A stretch of DNA of 47,853 nt. Origin: an uncultured archaeon. Its GTDB lineage: Archaea > Asgardarchaeota > Thorarchaeia > Thorarchaeales > Thorarchaeaceae. Each line of letters starts with the position of its first letter. Position 1 is the stretch's first letter. Made by a program: the position numbers and the translations under genes. Shown here piece by piece: positions 18,728 through 28,370 of this stretch. The notes below the pieces were generated by a model. The model ran no database searches and was not told where the DNA came from. It saw only the letters and a list, made by a program, of their open reading frames with translations. The stretch is from the NCBI GenBank assembly GCA_964458565.1, contig CAYWJO010000026.1, positions 1 through 47,853 on the forward strand. The letters are read 5' to 3'.

Positions 18728-20020
18728 ATGCTTCATATCAAATTCATTCGTGAGAACACAGAACTGATTCGAGAGAACCTAAGGAAAAGGAAAGAGGAGG
18801 AGAAATTAGTTGCCTTTGAAAAGTTACTAGAGCTTGATGAAGAACTGAGATCACTCAAGAAGAGAATTCAAGAACTCCGAACACAACGAAATCATCTCTC
18901 TCGAGAAATTGGAAATCTGAAGAAAGAGGGAAAAGAAGACCCAAGTTTGACTAAAAAAGTGAATGCGGTCAATTCGGAGATACAGAGAATAGAAGAAACT
19001 TCTGCATCTATTGAAGAGGAAGTAAGACAGATTCAGATGGGGATCCCAAACATCCTTCACGAGAGTGTTCCCTTTGGACAGGGTGAAGAAGACAATGAGG
19101 TTGTACGTGAATGGGGAGGCAAACCAGAGTTTGATTTCGAGATAAAGAGTCATGTGGATCTCTTAGATACTTTAGATGTTGGTGATATACCACGCGCTGC
19201 AAAAGTGTCTGGTGCAAGATTCTACTATCTGAAGAATGAGCTGGTGCTACTTGATATTGCGATGCAACAACTCGCTCTTGAGATGTTAGTCAAGAAAGGG
19301 TTTACTCCAATCTATCCGCCCTTTATGATGCGACGAGCACCATACGAAGGCGTAACTGATCTGGCAGACTTTGAAAATGTTATGTACAAGATTGAGGGAG
19401 AGGACCTGTATCTCATTGCTACATCAGAACATCCCATGGTTGCAATGTACATGGGCGAGGTTTTCGAGCCTACAGATTTGCCAATTAAGTTCGCAGGTGT
19501 ATCAACATGCTTCAGGAAGGAAGCTGGATCACATGGCAAGGATACCAAAGGAATATTCCGAGTGCATCAATTTAGCAAAGTCGAGCAGTTTGCATTCTGT
19601 CTTCCTGAAGATTCATGGAAGATTCATGAAGATTTCATCAAGAATGAGGAAGAATATGTTCAGGCATTAGGAATTCCATACAGAATAGTGAATGTATGTA
19701 CTGGGGATATCGGAATTGTTGCAGCAAAGAAATACGACTTGGAGTATTGGATGCCAGGACAGGGACAGTATAGAGAGGGCGGTTCCTGCAGTAATTGCAC
19801 AGATTATCAGGCTACAAGGCTTGACATAAGATACCGTTTGAAGAAAGGTGGAACTGAAAAGAGCTATCCTCACACGCTTAATAGTACAATGATAGCAAAT
19901 CCCAGAGCAATAGTAGCAGTCATGGAGAATTTCCAGAGAGAAGATGGAAGTATCAGGATACCTCAGGTACTTCACAAGTTTATTCCATCGGGTATGAAAG
20001 AGATTGCCCCCAAATCCTGA
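18728..20020 (+). CDS. serS: Serine--tRNA ligase
   Basis: N-terminal coiled coil; LIATSEHP, CFRKEAGSHGKDTKGIFRVHQF, SCSNCTDYQ and HTLNST motifs. Confidence 0.97.
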   Translation: MLHIKFIRENTELIRENLRKRKEEEKLVAFEKLLELDEELRSLKKRIQELRTQRNHLSREIGNLKKEGKEDPSLTKKVNAVNSEIQRIEETSASIEEEVRQIQMGIPNILHESVPFGQGEEDNEVVREWGGKPEFDFEIKSHVDLLDTLDVGDIPRAAKVSGARFYYLKNELVLLDIAMQQLALEMLVKKGFTPIYPPFMMRRAPYEGVTDLADFENVMYKIEGEDLYLIATSEHPMVAMYMGEVFEPTDLPIKFAGVSTCFRKEAGSHGKDTKGIFRVHQFSKVEQFAFCLPEDSWKIHEDFIKNEEEYVQALGIPYRIVNVCTGDIGIVAAKKYDLEYWMPGQGQYREGGSCSNCTDYQATRLDIRYRLKKGGTEKSYPHTLNSTMIANPRAIVAVMENFQREDGSIRIPQVLHKFIPSGMKEIAPKS

Positions 20021-20122
20021 GTAAATTGGTCTAAGATACCAAATCAAGAAAATTGAGGTTGTGCTACAAACACAACATTATGCTTAAAACCTAGATAAGT
20101 GACCTCTAAAATGGGGAACATC

Positions 20123-20590
20123 ATGTCAGTCCAGCAATCCTTTGAACAACTAATATCCCTAGCAATAGATAGAGAGCAAGAAGCGTACGACTTCTACATG
20201 AAAGCGTCTGAAAATACGGAGTTACCATCATCGAAGAAACTGTTGATGGAACTTGCTAGACAAGAACTTGGACACAAAGAGAAGCTCAAATCTGCACTCG
20301 GTGGAGGAGTTTGTGATACTTTCACCTGTACGACAATGGATGAATTCAAGAGCTTGGACTTAAGCAAGTATTTGGTAGAGATTCCTCTTGAACCATCTTC
20401 AACCTCTCAAGATATTCTCATTGTAGCCATAAAAAGAGAAGAAGGCGCTTATGATTTCTATAAGGCACTCTCTGAACTCACAACAACACCGGAACACAGA
20501 ACAGTCTTTGAAACGCTTGCCAAAGAAGAACGAGGACATAAAGAACGATTAGAGTCCATTTACGATGAGCACATCCAGCCCTGGATGTAA
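20123..20590 (+). CDS. Ferritin-like / rubrerythrin-family di-iron protein
   Basis: Two repeats of A..RE..AY.FY...E..H (EQEAYDFY...QELGHK; EEGAYDFY...EERGHK). Start ATG 20123 chosen; the ORF extends to 20099. Confidence 0.88.
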   Translation: MSVQQSFEQLISLAIDREQEAYDFYMKASENTELPSSKKLLMELARQELGHKEKLKSALGGGVCDTFTCTTMDEFKSLDLSKYLVEIPLEPSSTSQDILIVAIKREEGAYDFYKALSELTTTPEHRTVFETLAKEERGHKERLESIYDEHIQPWM

Positions 20591-20642
20591 TAACCAAAAG
20601 ATTGTACATGGCACCTCGAGTATTCGAAGGCGCCATTTACAT

Positions 20643-21923
20643 TCAGTTCCTGTGTAGATTTGGAGCGGCCAAGAAAGTAAGACCGTTCTTTGTCAGTTCT
20701 TTAGCAGTGATGTTTAGAGCCATATGTTTGTCGAGATAGTTCTGTAATAGATAATCCATATGGCCTGAGTCTATAATATCCTGTTTTGTTCTAAAGTAGT
20801 CCAAAATATCACTTGGGTGTGGGCGATCTTTATCAATCTGTGGAGGACCGCCTTCGTGTTTTGCACTTACATTCCTAACATGGTCCGCGAGTTCTACAAG
20901 TTCTGAAGTTCTGTCGTATGGTTGTCGTACAATATGCTTGTAGGTTTCAGTGATGTGATGTTCAATGCGTACAACATCCTCAAAACCGAAATCGTTACGA
21001 ACATAAGCTGCTAACTCAATGGTTTCATTATCCACACTATTGGAGAGGTTAAAGCCAATGAGTGGACTGGTCCCGTCATCTCTACTAAATAACTTGGCAG
21101 TAAGCAATGTCCATAGACAAGCAAATGGATTATCGTTACCCATATAGACGGAAATCTTGAATTCCATGTCGATACCAAGTTTGTGCATCATGTAGCCTAC
21201 TAATACACTTCCAGGATTGACATTCAACACTTGTTTCACGCCATAGGTAGTATAGTAGTGAAGATATTCATCTGCCCATTTTAATGGAAATCTGTTAGGC
21301 ATTCCTACTCCACCGAAATATCCAGTGATTGTATCTGGACCACCCAAATGCAAATTTACAGGAGCACCATCAGGTCCTGGATAGGTTCCTCTTGAATCAA
21401 GGGTTTCGACATAAGAGGCACCAAAAATCTGCATTGCTGCTGCAAAAGCGATAACATCGTTATCCTCTGACTGCTCGGCCATATTCCTAACACGGATGAA
21501 ACGTGCAGGCATTATCTCTTTGTTTTCTATGGATTGCTTTGCCTGCTCAATAATCCATGGGAAATACTGACAAGCACTGATTTCAAGAGTTACCGCGAAG
21601 CTTTCATCAAATGTCATGGAATCTGCTTTGTCACCAAGTATCTTCCGTCTATAATCAGAGATACTTATGAAAACATCATCGTCACGCTGTGTTTGAAGCC
21701 AGTTCAAATCGTCTACATAGGAGGATTTTTTCTCCTCCAGTTTAGCCATTAGATTTTCCGGTTTTCTTGCATCTCGGGCTTTCCGATTAATTTCGTCGAC
21801 TCCCCCATACTTTTCTATCACCTTCAATAAATCAGTAATGAGAGGGTTATCACCTCGAGTTATGAAGTCATTAATCGCATCCAGATTTTTCGAATCAATT
21901 CTCAGAATCTTTCTATCAACCAT
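20643..21923 (-). CDS. Conserved-looking hypothetical protein (426 aa)
   Basis: Long ORF with enzyme-like motifs (HLGGPDTITGYFGG, RIEHHITE, SAKHEGG); no function recognised. Confidence 0.8.
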   Translation of the reverse strand: MVDRKILRIDSKNLDAINDFITRGDNPLITDLLKVIEKYGGVDEINRKARDARKPENLMAKLEEKKSSYVDDLNWLQTQRDDDVFISISDYRRKILGDKADSMTFDESFAVTLEISACQYFPWIIEQAKQSIENKEIMPARFIRVRNMAEQSEDNDVIAFAAAMQIFGASYVETLDSRGTYPGPDGAPVNLHLGGPDTITGYFGGVGMPNRFPLKWADEYLHYYTTYGVKQVLNVNPGSVLVGYMMHKLGIDMEFKISVYMGNDNPFACLWTLLTAKLFSRDDGTSPLIGFNLSNSVDNETIELAAYVRNDFGFEDVVRIEHHITETYKHIVRQPYDRTSELVELADHVRNVSAKHEGGPPQIDKDRPHPSDILDYFRTKQDIIDSGHMDYLLQNYLDKHMALNITAKELTKNGLTFLAAPNLHRN

Positions 21924-22012
21924 ATCATGACCGTCCAGTCACATTCATGCGAGTTTTCTACCCACAAGGTCACTTTTAAGCTGATATCTATTCCTAAAAA
22001 GGGATTCTGCAT

Positions 22013-22585
22013 TCATAGAGTCTGTTGAAGATAAAGTCTGATTGTGGGAGCTATCAATATTGCTACAATGCTACCTACGCTAACCTGAACCAGGTTCACC
22101 CAAATCATCTCTGCTAATGCGAATTCAAAGCCATAGAAGTATGTCTCAGATATCAGATAGCCATAGAGCATGATGATTGAACCCAAAATAAGACCGACAA
22201 TGTCAGATAGATTCAATCTGGTATTTCGTTTCGCATATCGAGCAAACCACCCTACGACAAAACCTTCACACCCCTTTACTATGAGTGTGATGGGAGCATA
22301 ATGAGCCCAACCCACAACAATATCGCCCATAGCTGATCCCACACCGCCTGCAATGAAGCCTCCAATAGGACCTAGAATTATTCCACTTATCATCACAAGA
22401 GTGTCCCCTAGATTGAAGTAACCAAAGGTAGAAGGAAAAGGTACAACGAGAACAACAGTTACAACTGTCGTTAGAGCTGTAAGCATGGCTACTAGAGCTA
22501 TGTATATCGTAGGGTTGCTTTTGATGAATGTATACGACATATCATGAGTTGCTACTAAATCCGACTGAGAATCTTGAATTGCCAT
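22013..22585 (-). CDS. ECF transporter S component (PdxU/HmpT-like family)
   Basis: P.P...GYFNLGD, GG.GSA..D...G..HYAP.T.IVKG.EG, N..Q motifs; about 5-6 TM helices. Confidence 0.85.
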   Translation of the reverse strand: MAIQDSQSDLVATHDMSYTFIKSNPTIYIALVAMLTALTTVVTVVLVVPFPSTFGYFNLGDTLVMISGIILGPIGGFIAGGVGSAMGDIVVGWAHYAPITLIVKGCEGFVVGWFARYAKRNTRLNLSDIVGLILGSIIMLYGYLISETYFYGFEFALAEMIWVNLVQVSVGSIVAILIAPTIRLYLQQTL

Positions 22586-22656
22586 GAGCTACTCCTCGAA
22601 ACAATTAGACTCTGAGAGTCTGGTTGATGGAGACCCCGGAAAAAGAATATATAACC

Positions 22657-22678
22657 TTGAGCCTATATATAGGTTCGA
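22657..22678. promoter_or_regulatory. Palindromic candidate operator in the divergent promoter
   Basis: TTGAGCCTATA|TATAGGTTCGA with a perfect 12-bp core CCTATATATAGG, lying between the TATA (AATATATAA, about 22646-22654) and the ATG at 22685. Confidence 0.6.
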
Positions 22679-22684
22679 TATATA

Positions 22685-24178
22685 ATGTCGTTCCTCTCAC
22701 ACATGCGCTGCTCGGTTTGTGATCAAGTATATGATGTGAAATCTTATAGAACCAGATGTGATCAATGCGGAGGATTCGTCCAAGCAGAATATGATTTAGA
22801 AAAAGCAAAAGAAAGCATCAACAGAAGGTCGCTTCAGCATAGAAGCCCTAGCATATGGAAATACCATGAGATCATTCCGATTCACAATCTTGATAGTGCG
22901 ATATCGCTCGGAGAAGGGGGAACATATCTCCACAAATGTGATGGTCTTGCTGAGAAAGTGGGTCTGAAAGAACTCTATCTGAAAGATGAAACTACAAATC
23001 CTACAGGTTCATTCATTGATAGAGGAACAGCAGTTGAAGTCACTGTGGCAAAGAACAGAAACCTGAATTCTGTCTGTTGTGCGTCGACAGGTAATCTTGC
23101 AGTTTCATTGGTTGCATATGCAGCAAGAGCACGCTTAATGAGCCAAGTATTCATGGGTCACAAAGGACGGGTTGATTCAGGAAAGCTCTACCAAATTCTA
23201 GCATATGCGGCACAGGTAGAGATTGTAAAGGATCAAGAAGAAGCAATATCAAGAGCGTATGAAGAAGGTAATCAGAGTCACCTTGTGATGTCCAGCAACG
23301 CGCATTTTCTTGAAGGAGTCAAGACAACCAGCATCGAAACCTGTGAGCAACTTGAATGGAACCCTCCAGATTGGATTATGACACCAATGGGAAATGGAGG
23401 CCATCTTGCTATGACTTGGAAAGGTCTCAAAGAATTAGTAACATTGGGTATCATTTCTGAACTTGATACCAGACTCTGTGGAGTCCAAGCAAAAGGATGC
23501 TCACCCATTGTAAATGCGTTTGAAAGAGATAGTGAAGAAATTATAATACCAAAACGAGTTTCTACGCTTGCATATGACATAGGAGTACAGAATCCATCTT
23601 GTGGACAAATGGCTCTTAATGCAATAAAGAACTCAAACGGTTTAGCAATAGCAGTGTCAGACAGGGATATCCTTGAGGCAGTGATGGACCTTGCTAGGTT
23701 GGAGGGTGTATTTGCTGAGCCGGCTTCTGCGACGACAATAGCAGCATTGAAGATACTTGTAAAGAATAACCAGATTGATAGAAATGATAGAGTGGTTTGT
23801 GTGATTACTGGAATGGGTTTGAAATACCCCGAAATAGCACGAGATATTGTGAGGGGTAAGGGCGCATTAGAGCAATATCTGAGTGATGTTGAAGGGCGTA
23901 GATTCACAACCCAATTGGGACAGACAAAAATACGAATACTGCAGGTTCTGTCAAGAAGCGAGTCATACGGTTATGCAATATGGAAATCACTTGAAACTGA
24001 TTTTGGATTACAGATTAAGATTCCAAGCATTTACCAACATATTTCAGAGCTCACAAATAGTGGACTGATAGTAAATACGAGATTGGAGGAAACATACAGA
24101 AGGAGAATAAGAAAGTTCTATGCACTTACAGAGAGAGGGCATTTCGCTCTTGACCAAATCGAGAAACTGAGCAAATAA
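22685..24178 (+). CDS. Threonine synthase-like (fold II PLP) protein, catalytic Lys->Ile, fused to a C-terminal PadR-type wHTH
   Basis: Zn-ribbon N-terminus; SLGEGGT, NPTGSFIDRG (canonical K replaced), ASTGN, PMGNGG, EPASA and TG.GLK motifs. C-terminal IL..L....YGY.I...L....SIY..I.EL...GLI....RKFY.LTERG. Confidence 0.88.
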   Translation: MSFLSHMRCSVCDQVYDVKSYRTRCDQCGGFVQAEYDLEKAKESINRRSLQHRSPSIWKYHEIIPIHNLDSAISLGEGGTYLHKCDGLAEKVGLKELYLKDETTNPTGSFIDRGTAVEVTVAKNRNLNSVCCASTGNLAVSLVAYAARARLMSQVFMGHKGRVDSGKLYQILAYAAQVEIVKDQEEAISRAYEEGNQSHLVMSSNAHFLEGVKTTSIETCEQLEWNPPDWIMTPMGNGGHLAMTWKGLKELVTLGIISELDTRLCGVQAKGCSPIVNAFERDSEEIIIPKRVSTLAYDIGVQNPSCGQMALNAIKNSNGLAIAVSDRDILEAVMDLARLEGVFAEPASATTIAALKILVKNNQIDRNDRVVCVITGMGLKYPEIARDIVRGKGALEQYLSDVEGRRFTTQLGQTKIRILQVLSRSESYGYAIWKSLETDFGLQIKIPSIYQHISELTNSGLIVNTRLEETYRRRIRKFYALTERGHFALDQIEKLSK

Positions 24179-24276
24179 TAAGGGATTCAAAAGAGTGCAT
24201 AAGAGAAGTATTTTAACACATGTTACCATAATGAAAAGCAAGCGGTTCATTGAACCGAAGATTCAGAGATTCGAGG

Positions 24277-24657
24277 ATGACAAAAATGAGTTGGATTCAG
24301 ACAGCAGATTGGAAGAATGAGAAGCATGTACCTGCAATCAAAATAAAGAAGTTCGAAGATGGTGTTGCAAAGGTTGTTGTGAAAGTCGGTGAGGAGATAC
24401 CTCATCCCAATACAACAAATCATCATATCAAATGGATTGATTTGTTCTTCTGGCCTGAAGGGGGTAAATTCCCAGTCGAGATAGGATATTGCACCTTTGA
24501 CCATCATGGCGAAGGTGCAGAAGGACCAGATACTAGTGGGATTTACAGCGAACCCGTAGCTAAGTTCGTCTTTAAGACTGGTAAACCAGGTAAATTGATG
24601 GCTACTGCTTATTGCAATATTCATGGTCTTTGGAAAAGCGAAATTGAGATGAAATAA
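24277..24657 (+). CDS. sor: Superoxide reductase (neelaredoxin / class II SORL)
   Basis: EKHVP, HP....HHI.W and CNIHG iron ligands. The start is probably 24277 or 24286. Confidence 0.9.
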   Translation: MTKMSWIQTADWKNEKHVPAIKIKKFEDGVAKVVVKVGEEIPHPNTTNHHIKWIDLFFWPEGGKFPVEIGYCTFDHHGEGAEGPDTSGIYSEPVAKFVFKTGKPGKLMATAYCNIHGLWKSEIEMK

Positions 24658-24680
24658 TAAATATTCAATCTCAACTGGAT

Positions 24681-24705
24681 TTGGCCTGGATATGCGACAG
24701 GCCAA
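24681..24705. terminator. Hairpin between convergent genes
   Basis: TTGGCCTG-N9-CAGGCCAA. Confidence 0.5.
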
Positions 24706-24722
24706 GTCTCAATCATATAGTT

Positions 24723-25103
24723 CTAGTTTATTCTTTGTGATAGTTGGATCCAATTGCCTTCGGGGTTTCTCAATGTTGCAAACAACGATGAGCCTTCTGC
24801 TTTGATTTTCGATTCGCCATAGAATTCGATCCCTTTTTGTTCCAGTTCATCAACACAATGCCGAATGCCTTCAACACTGAAGGAAACCATAATCGATTGT
24901 TCTTCTATTTTGGATGGTGAAGTACCTGTGCCCTCAATTGCGAAACGGGTTGGCGGAGGAAACCGTGAGAACGCAAACTCCTGCCAACTATGATCTTCTG
25001 TGTGGAATCCAATATCAAGACCAAGTTTTTCCTGATACCACCTAGCCAATTCAATGTGATTCCGCGTATGTAGAAATACTATATCGATACCTATAATCAA
25101 CAA
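24723..25103 (-). CDS. VOC/glyoxalase family protein
   Basis: WYQEKLGL, F.V..I...V.EL...G and F.....PEGN.IQL motifs. Confidence 0.85.
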   Translation of the reverse strand: MLIIGIDIVFLHTRNHIELARWYQEKLGLDIGFHTEDHSWQEFAFSRFPPPTRFAIEGTGTSPSKIEEQSIMVSFSVEGIRHCVDELEQKGIEFYGESKIKAEGSSLFATLRNPEGNWIQLSQRIN

Positions 25104-25137
25104 ATCGTCCTCATTCAGAATATGAGGTTTTTGAAGA

Positions 25138-25362
25138 TTACTTTTCGGTTAGATACGCTCTCCAGATAGTACTGCCATCACAGAGACCTGAAACTTTTGC
25201 ACGTAATCCTAAATGCTCAGCAAATGAGGCGGAATTGTAATCAGGTGATACGGATTCGTAAGGCATTATCGCAGATAGTGTATATTGTGTTCCATCATCC
25301 GTAGTTACAACATATCTGTCCATTATCTTTGAAATCAAGCCTACTACAGTTATCTCTTCCAA
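25138..25362 (-). CDS. Small hypothetical protein, OB-fold-like
   Basis: SD AGGTGTGA ahead of a TTG start; beta-rich 74 aa. Confidence 0.65.
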   Translation of the reverse strand: MEEITVVGLISKIMDRYVVTTDDGTQYTLSAIMPYESVSPDYNSASFAEHLGLRAKVSGLCDGSTIWRAYLTEK

Positions 25363-25481
25363 ATCAAATCACACCTGTCATCACTGAGTAGAAATATCAA
25401 TTATCATTCTACATTCATCTATACCTAATAATCCCAGCACGATATTAATTATTATTGCATATCAACCCATTCCGAGATATA

Positions 25482-26078
25482 TTAGACACGAACAATCCAA
25501 CGTACTAACTCAGCATTCATTTCATTTTCTTCCAGAAACCTACGCCGATATTCAGAATCTTTGAATGCAATCCATATGTATTGAGCTCCATAATCGAATC
25601 CGATTATTTTCACAGCTTGTTCTAGTGGTCTGGCACGAAAAGCTACCAAGCTACTTGCGAATACTGTGCTGATGAGAAATATAGCAATGAACCCCCACAT
25701 GCCAAATCCTCTACCTAGCCACAAATCACTACCTACAGACATTAGCGAAAAAACAGCCATTGCTATAATTAAGCCATTGCATATTATGCATAGGGTTCGA
25801 TAGCGACAATCGCTTTCATCATAAATAGCATGATCTTCACACACAGGGATGAGAAAGGTAGACATTGGAGGAGAAGATATACCCATACGGCGCCTTGCAC
25901 TTGGAGTAAATGCCGGATCCCAAGAGGGGCGAAGATAGCTCTTCTTGTTTGGAATTGTTGACATCCGAGTTTTTACATTCGCGGATTCACCACATACTGG
26001 GCAGATCTTGGGAAAAATAATTCCTGATGCCTTCACACGGACGATTGGTTCCTTGAAGATTGTTTTCTGGGGATTCAA
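25482..26078 (-). CDS. Membrane protein with a Zn-binding N-terminus
   Basis: CPVC...PVCEDH followed by two TM helices. Confidence 0.75.
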   Translation of the reverse strand: MNPQKTIFKEPIVRVKASGIIFPKICPVCGESANVKTRMSTIPNKKSYLRPSWDPAFTPSARRRMGISSPPMSTFLIPVCEDHAIYDESDCRYRTLCIICNGLIIAMAVFSLMSVGSDLWLGRGFGMWGFIAIFLISTVFASSLVAFRARPLEQAVKIIGFDYGAQYIWIAFKDSEYRRRFLEENEMNAELVRWIVRV

Positions 26079-26488
26079 AGAATTATTTCTCCTTATGGTA
26101 TATACACAAAGAAGGTGAGTTCATATAATTAGTCTATCGAAGTCAGTAATTAGTGTGTGAGCGCCAAGTGACCAGAGTTCTGGTCAATAAGTCTCATAAT
26201 TAGCATTAGCTGTGACCACTCTATAGTATATCTTGAATAACAATGGCATTAGCAAGTAACAACACAATCAAACCTTCACGAAGGAACAAGAGAATTTCTA
26301 GAGGCCCTTCCACTGAGGCAATAACCTTTGCCTATACATATCAGAGATAGATCAAGTGCATTCTCTGGGGAGGTCCATTACTCTTGTTAGAATTCTGTGT
26401 AATTGCAGGTAAGAACAGCTTATCCAGACAGAGCTGTGAAAATATACTCTGTAGGCTGGAAGAATATCACATGGATATTGTGTGATGT

Positions 26489-27178
26489 TCATTCAGTTTT
26501 TTTGTACTTGTTTTCTGGATAAAGAAAATCGTCTTCGATTAAATCACATAAGATATCTCTGAAACCAGGGCATCGGCTCCATCTCATCTTATACTCACAT
26601 TTTTCACAAGTTCTACTAAGTTCAATGATGCGTTTAGTACTAAGTAGTATAACTACAAAAAGATACAAAAAAATAATGAGAATTAGCTTGTATTCAATTC
26701 CCGGTGAAAGAAGACCATTATTCAACAGAATTGACCAACAAATGAGTGCAAAAGAACTGCTCAATACAAGCTTTGAAAGAATCTTCAGCTTGCGAATCTC
26801 GGATCTGTTGATCAAAGTAACAGGAAAATAACATAGTATTCCAACTAGTCCAATTTGAAAAAGAGTTCTCGCATCCAATAGTGTTTCATCAATAATCCAG
26901 ATGAAAAAGAGAGTTAGTATGGAGAAAGAAAAGAAGAGTGTGTTAAAAAAACAACCCAAGCATAAATTCCGCCCTCTAAGGACAAATATATGATGATCAT
27001 ATTCGGAACAAAACGGATGATGTGAAAGAAGGAATGGGCTCATTATAAGTAAAAAACGGAGTGGGCGTCTAGCAATTTGACCTCTATCAAATCTCAGTTG
27101 ACCTCTTTTATCATCAAACAGGATTTCTTCACAGTCTCTATTGCTAGACGATTCAGATTGCTTATCCAATCCGTTCAA
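26489..27178 (-). CDS. Membrane protein with His/Cys metal-binding motifs (DUF2085-like)
   Basis: SHHPFC...H...CLGC, four TM helices, C-terminal CEKC...C. Confidence 0.7.
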   Translation of the reverse strand: MNGLDKQSESSSNRDCEEILFDDKRGQLRFDRGQIARRPLRFLLIMSPFLLSHHPFCSEYDHHIFVLRGRNLCLGCFFNTLFFSFSILTLFFIWIIDETLLDARTLFQIGLVGILCYFPVTLINRSEIRKLKILSKLVLSSSFALICWSILLNNGLLSPGIEYKLILIIFLYLFVVILLSTKRIIELSRTCEKCEYKMRWSRCPGFRDILCDLIEDDFLYPENKYKKTE

Positions 27179-27184
27179 AGTCCT

Positions 27185-27556
27185 TTATGGGAATGGTAGA
27201 CCACTTAAGATTGCTAACCAGATTGTGCTGAAGGCAAACATCAGTATAAGAATCACTATCACCAATGCTATGATGAAAGTCAGAATCCAAGCAATCGCTG
27301 CACCACCCCAACCTGTATTGTGGCGTGATTTGATAAAGTATAATCCAAGAATACAATTTATGCAAGGAAGCGGGCTCACAAGAGCCATAAGAATGGCTGT
27401 AAAGAATGTTGAACCCAAGTCTCTGTTCTTACCACCAATAAAGCCAAGGGCAACTCCAAGAAGAAGTCCGGCAATTACAAAGTATACAACAATCATCAAT
27501 ACTACTAATAATAAACCTGCTGTACCAATCAATGCAAATATCCAATCAAACTGCAT
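27185..27556 (-). CDS. Small integral membrane protein
   Basis: Three to four hydrophobic helices; same strand as and 6 bp from the next gene. Confidence 0.7.
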   Translation of the reverse strand: MQFDWIFALIGTAGLLLVVLMIVVYFVIAGLLLGVALGFIGGKNRDLGSTFFTAILMALVSPLPCINCILGLYFIKSRHNTGWGGAAIAWILTFIIALVIVILILMFAFSTIWLAILSGLPFP

Positions 27557-27687
27557 GACGCAAATCTCCAGATAGGATGCTGTGCTTGGTACTTGAAAAG
27601 CTAGATAAAAAGTTGCTTACTATCTGCAAAATGCTTTACAATCGAATAACAAATACTACATATGGAAGTTGTTAACTATACAGAATT

Positions 27688-28257
27688 ATGTACTACGGAG
27701 ATAAAATCTGTTTACGAGCAGTAGAGATGACTGATTTAGATGATATTCTAAAATATTGGAATACTTACGAGCTAAGAAGATTCCTAGGCTCAACAATTCC
27801 CATGTCAAGACAGGCTGAGAAGGAATGGTTGGAACGGGTTACAAAATACAGTCCATTCAAAGATGGCGAGATGGTATTGGCAATTGTGGATAAGATGTCA
27901 AATGAATTTCTAGGTACATGTGGAGTTTTTGATATTTCATCTGCTAATCGCCATGCAGAGTTTGGAATTGCAATCCACAACCCTGACAATTTAAGCAAGG
28001 GATATGGAACCGATACAACACTTGTGATGCTCTGGATTGCCTTCAATATCTTAGGGCTAAATACGGTCTATCTAAGAGCGTTTTCAAAGAATAAGAGAGC
28101 GCTCAAAGCATATGAAAAAGCTGGATTCAAAATGGTTGGTACCTTAAGAGGCCACGTTTTCTCCGAAGGAGAGTTTCAAGACCATGTCATGATGGATATC
28201 ACCGCCGGGGAGTTCTTTGAAAGATATCCAGCAGGAACTCAGATTGGTCAACCATAA
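27688..28257 (+). CDS. GNAT acetyltransferase, RimJ/RimL family
   Basis: AEFGIAI....SKGYGT and N.RA..AYEKAGF..G.LR motifs. Confidence 0.9.
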   Translation: MYYGDKICLRAVEMTDLDDILKYWNTYELRRFLGSTIPMSRQAEKEWLERVTKYSPFKDGEMVLAIVDKMSNEFLGTCGVFDISSANRHAEFGIAIHNPDNLSKGYGTDTTLVMLWIAFNILGLNTVYLRAFSKNKRALKAYEKAGFKMVGTLRGHVFSEGEFQDHVMMDITAGEFFERYPAGTQIGQP

Positions 28258-28370
28258 GCATTTCAAGTTTTTATAAACCTTAATGAGTAAAAAAGGGGTA
28301 TATGGTGCCTTTTTGCAAACAATGGAGTGCTTTTTGATTAATGTTCTATATATATACCTACTGAGCGATA

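Noticed and set aside
18728-24657. Selenoprotein read-through near serS and the redox genes
   Set aside because: No gene appears truncated at an in-frame TGA at a catalytic Cys position, and no SECIS could be supported.
26270-26435. Glycine- or TPP-riboswitch-like words (CGAAGGAACAA, CTCTGGGGA, CAGGTA, GACAGAG, CTGAG)
   Set aside because: Consensus elements are incomplete, and there is no same-strand downstream gene to regulate.
27141-27575. 144-aa plus-strand ORF and other antisense ORFs (e.g. 23278-23907, 28383-28880)
   Set aside because: Shadows of well-supported genes on the opposite strand.
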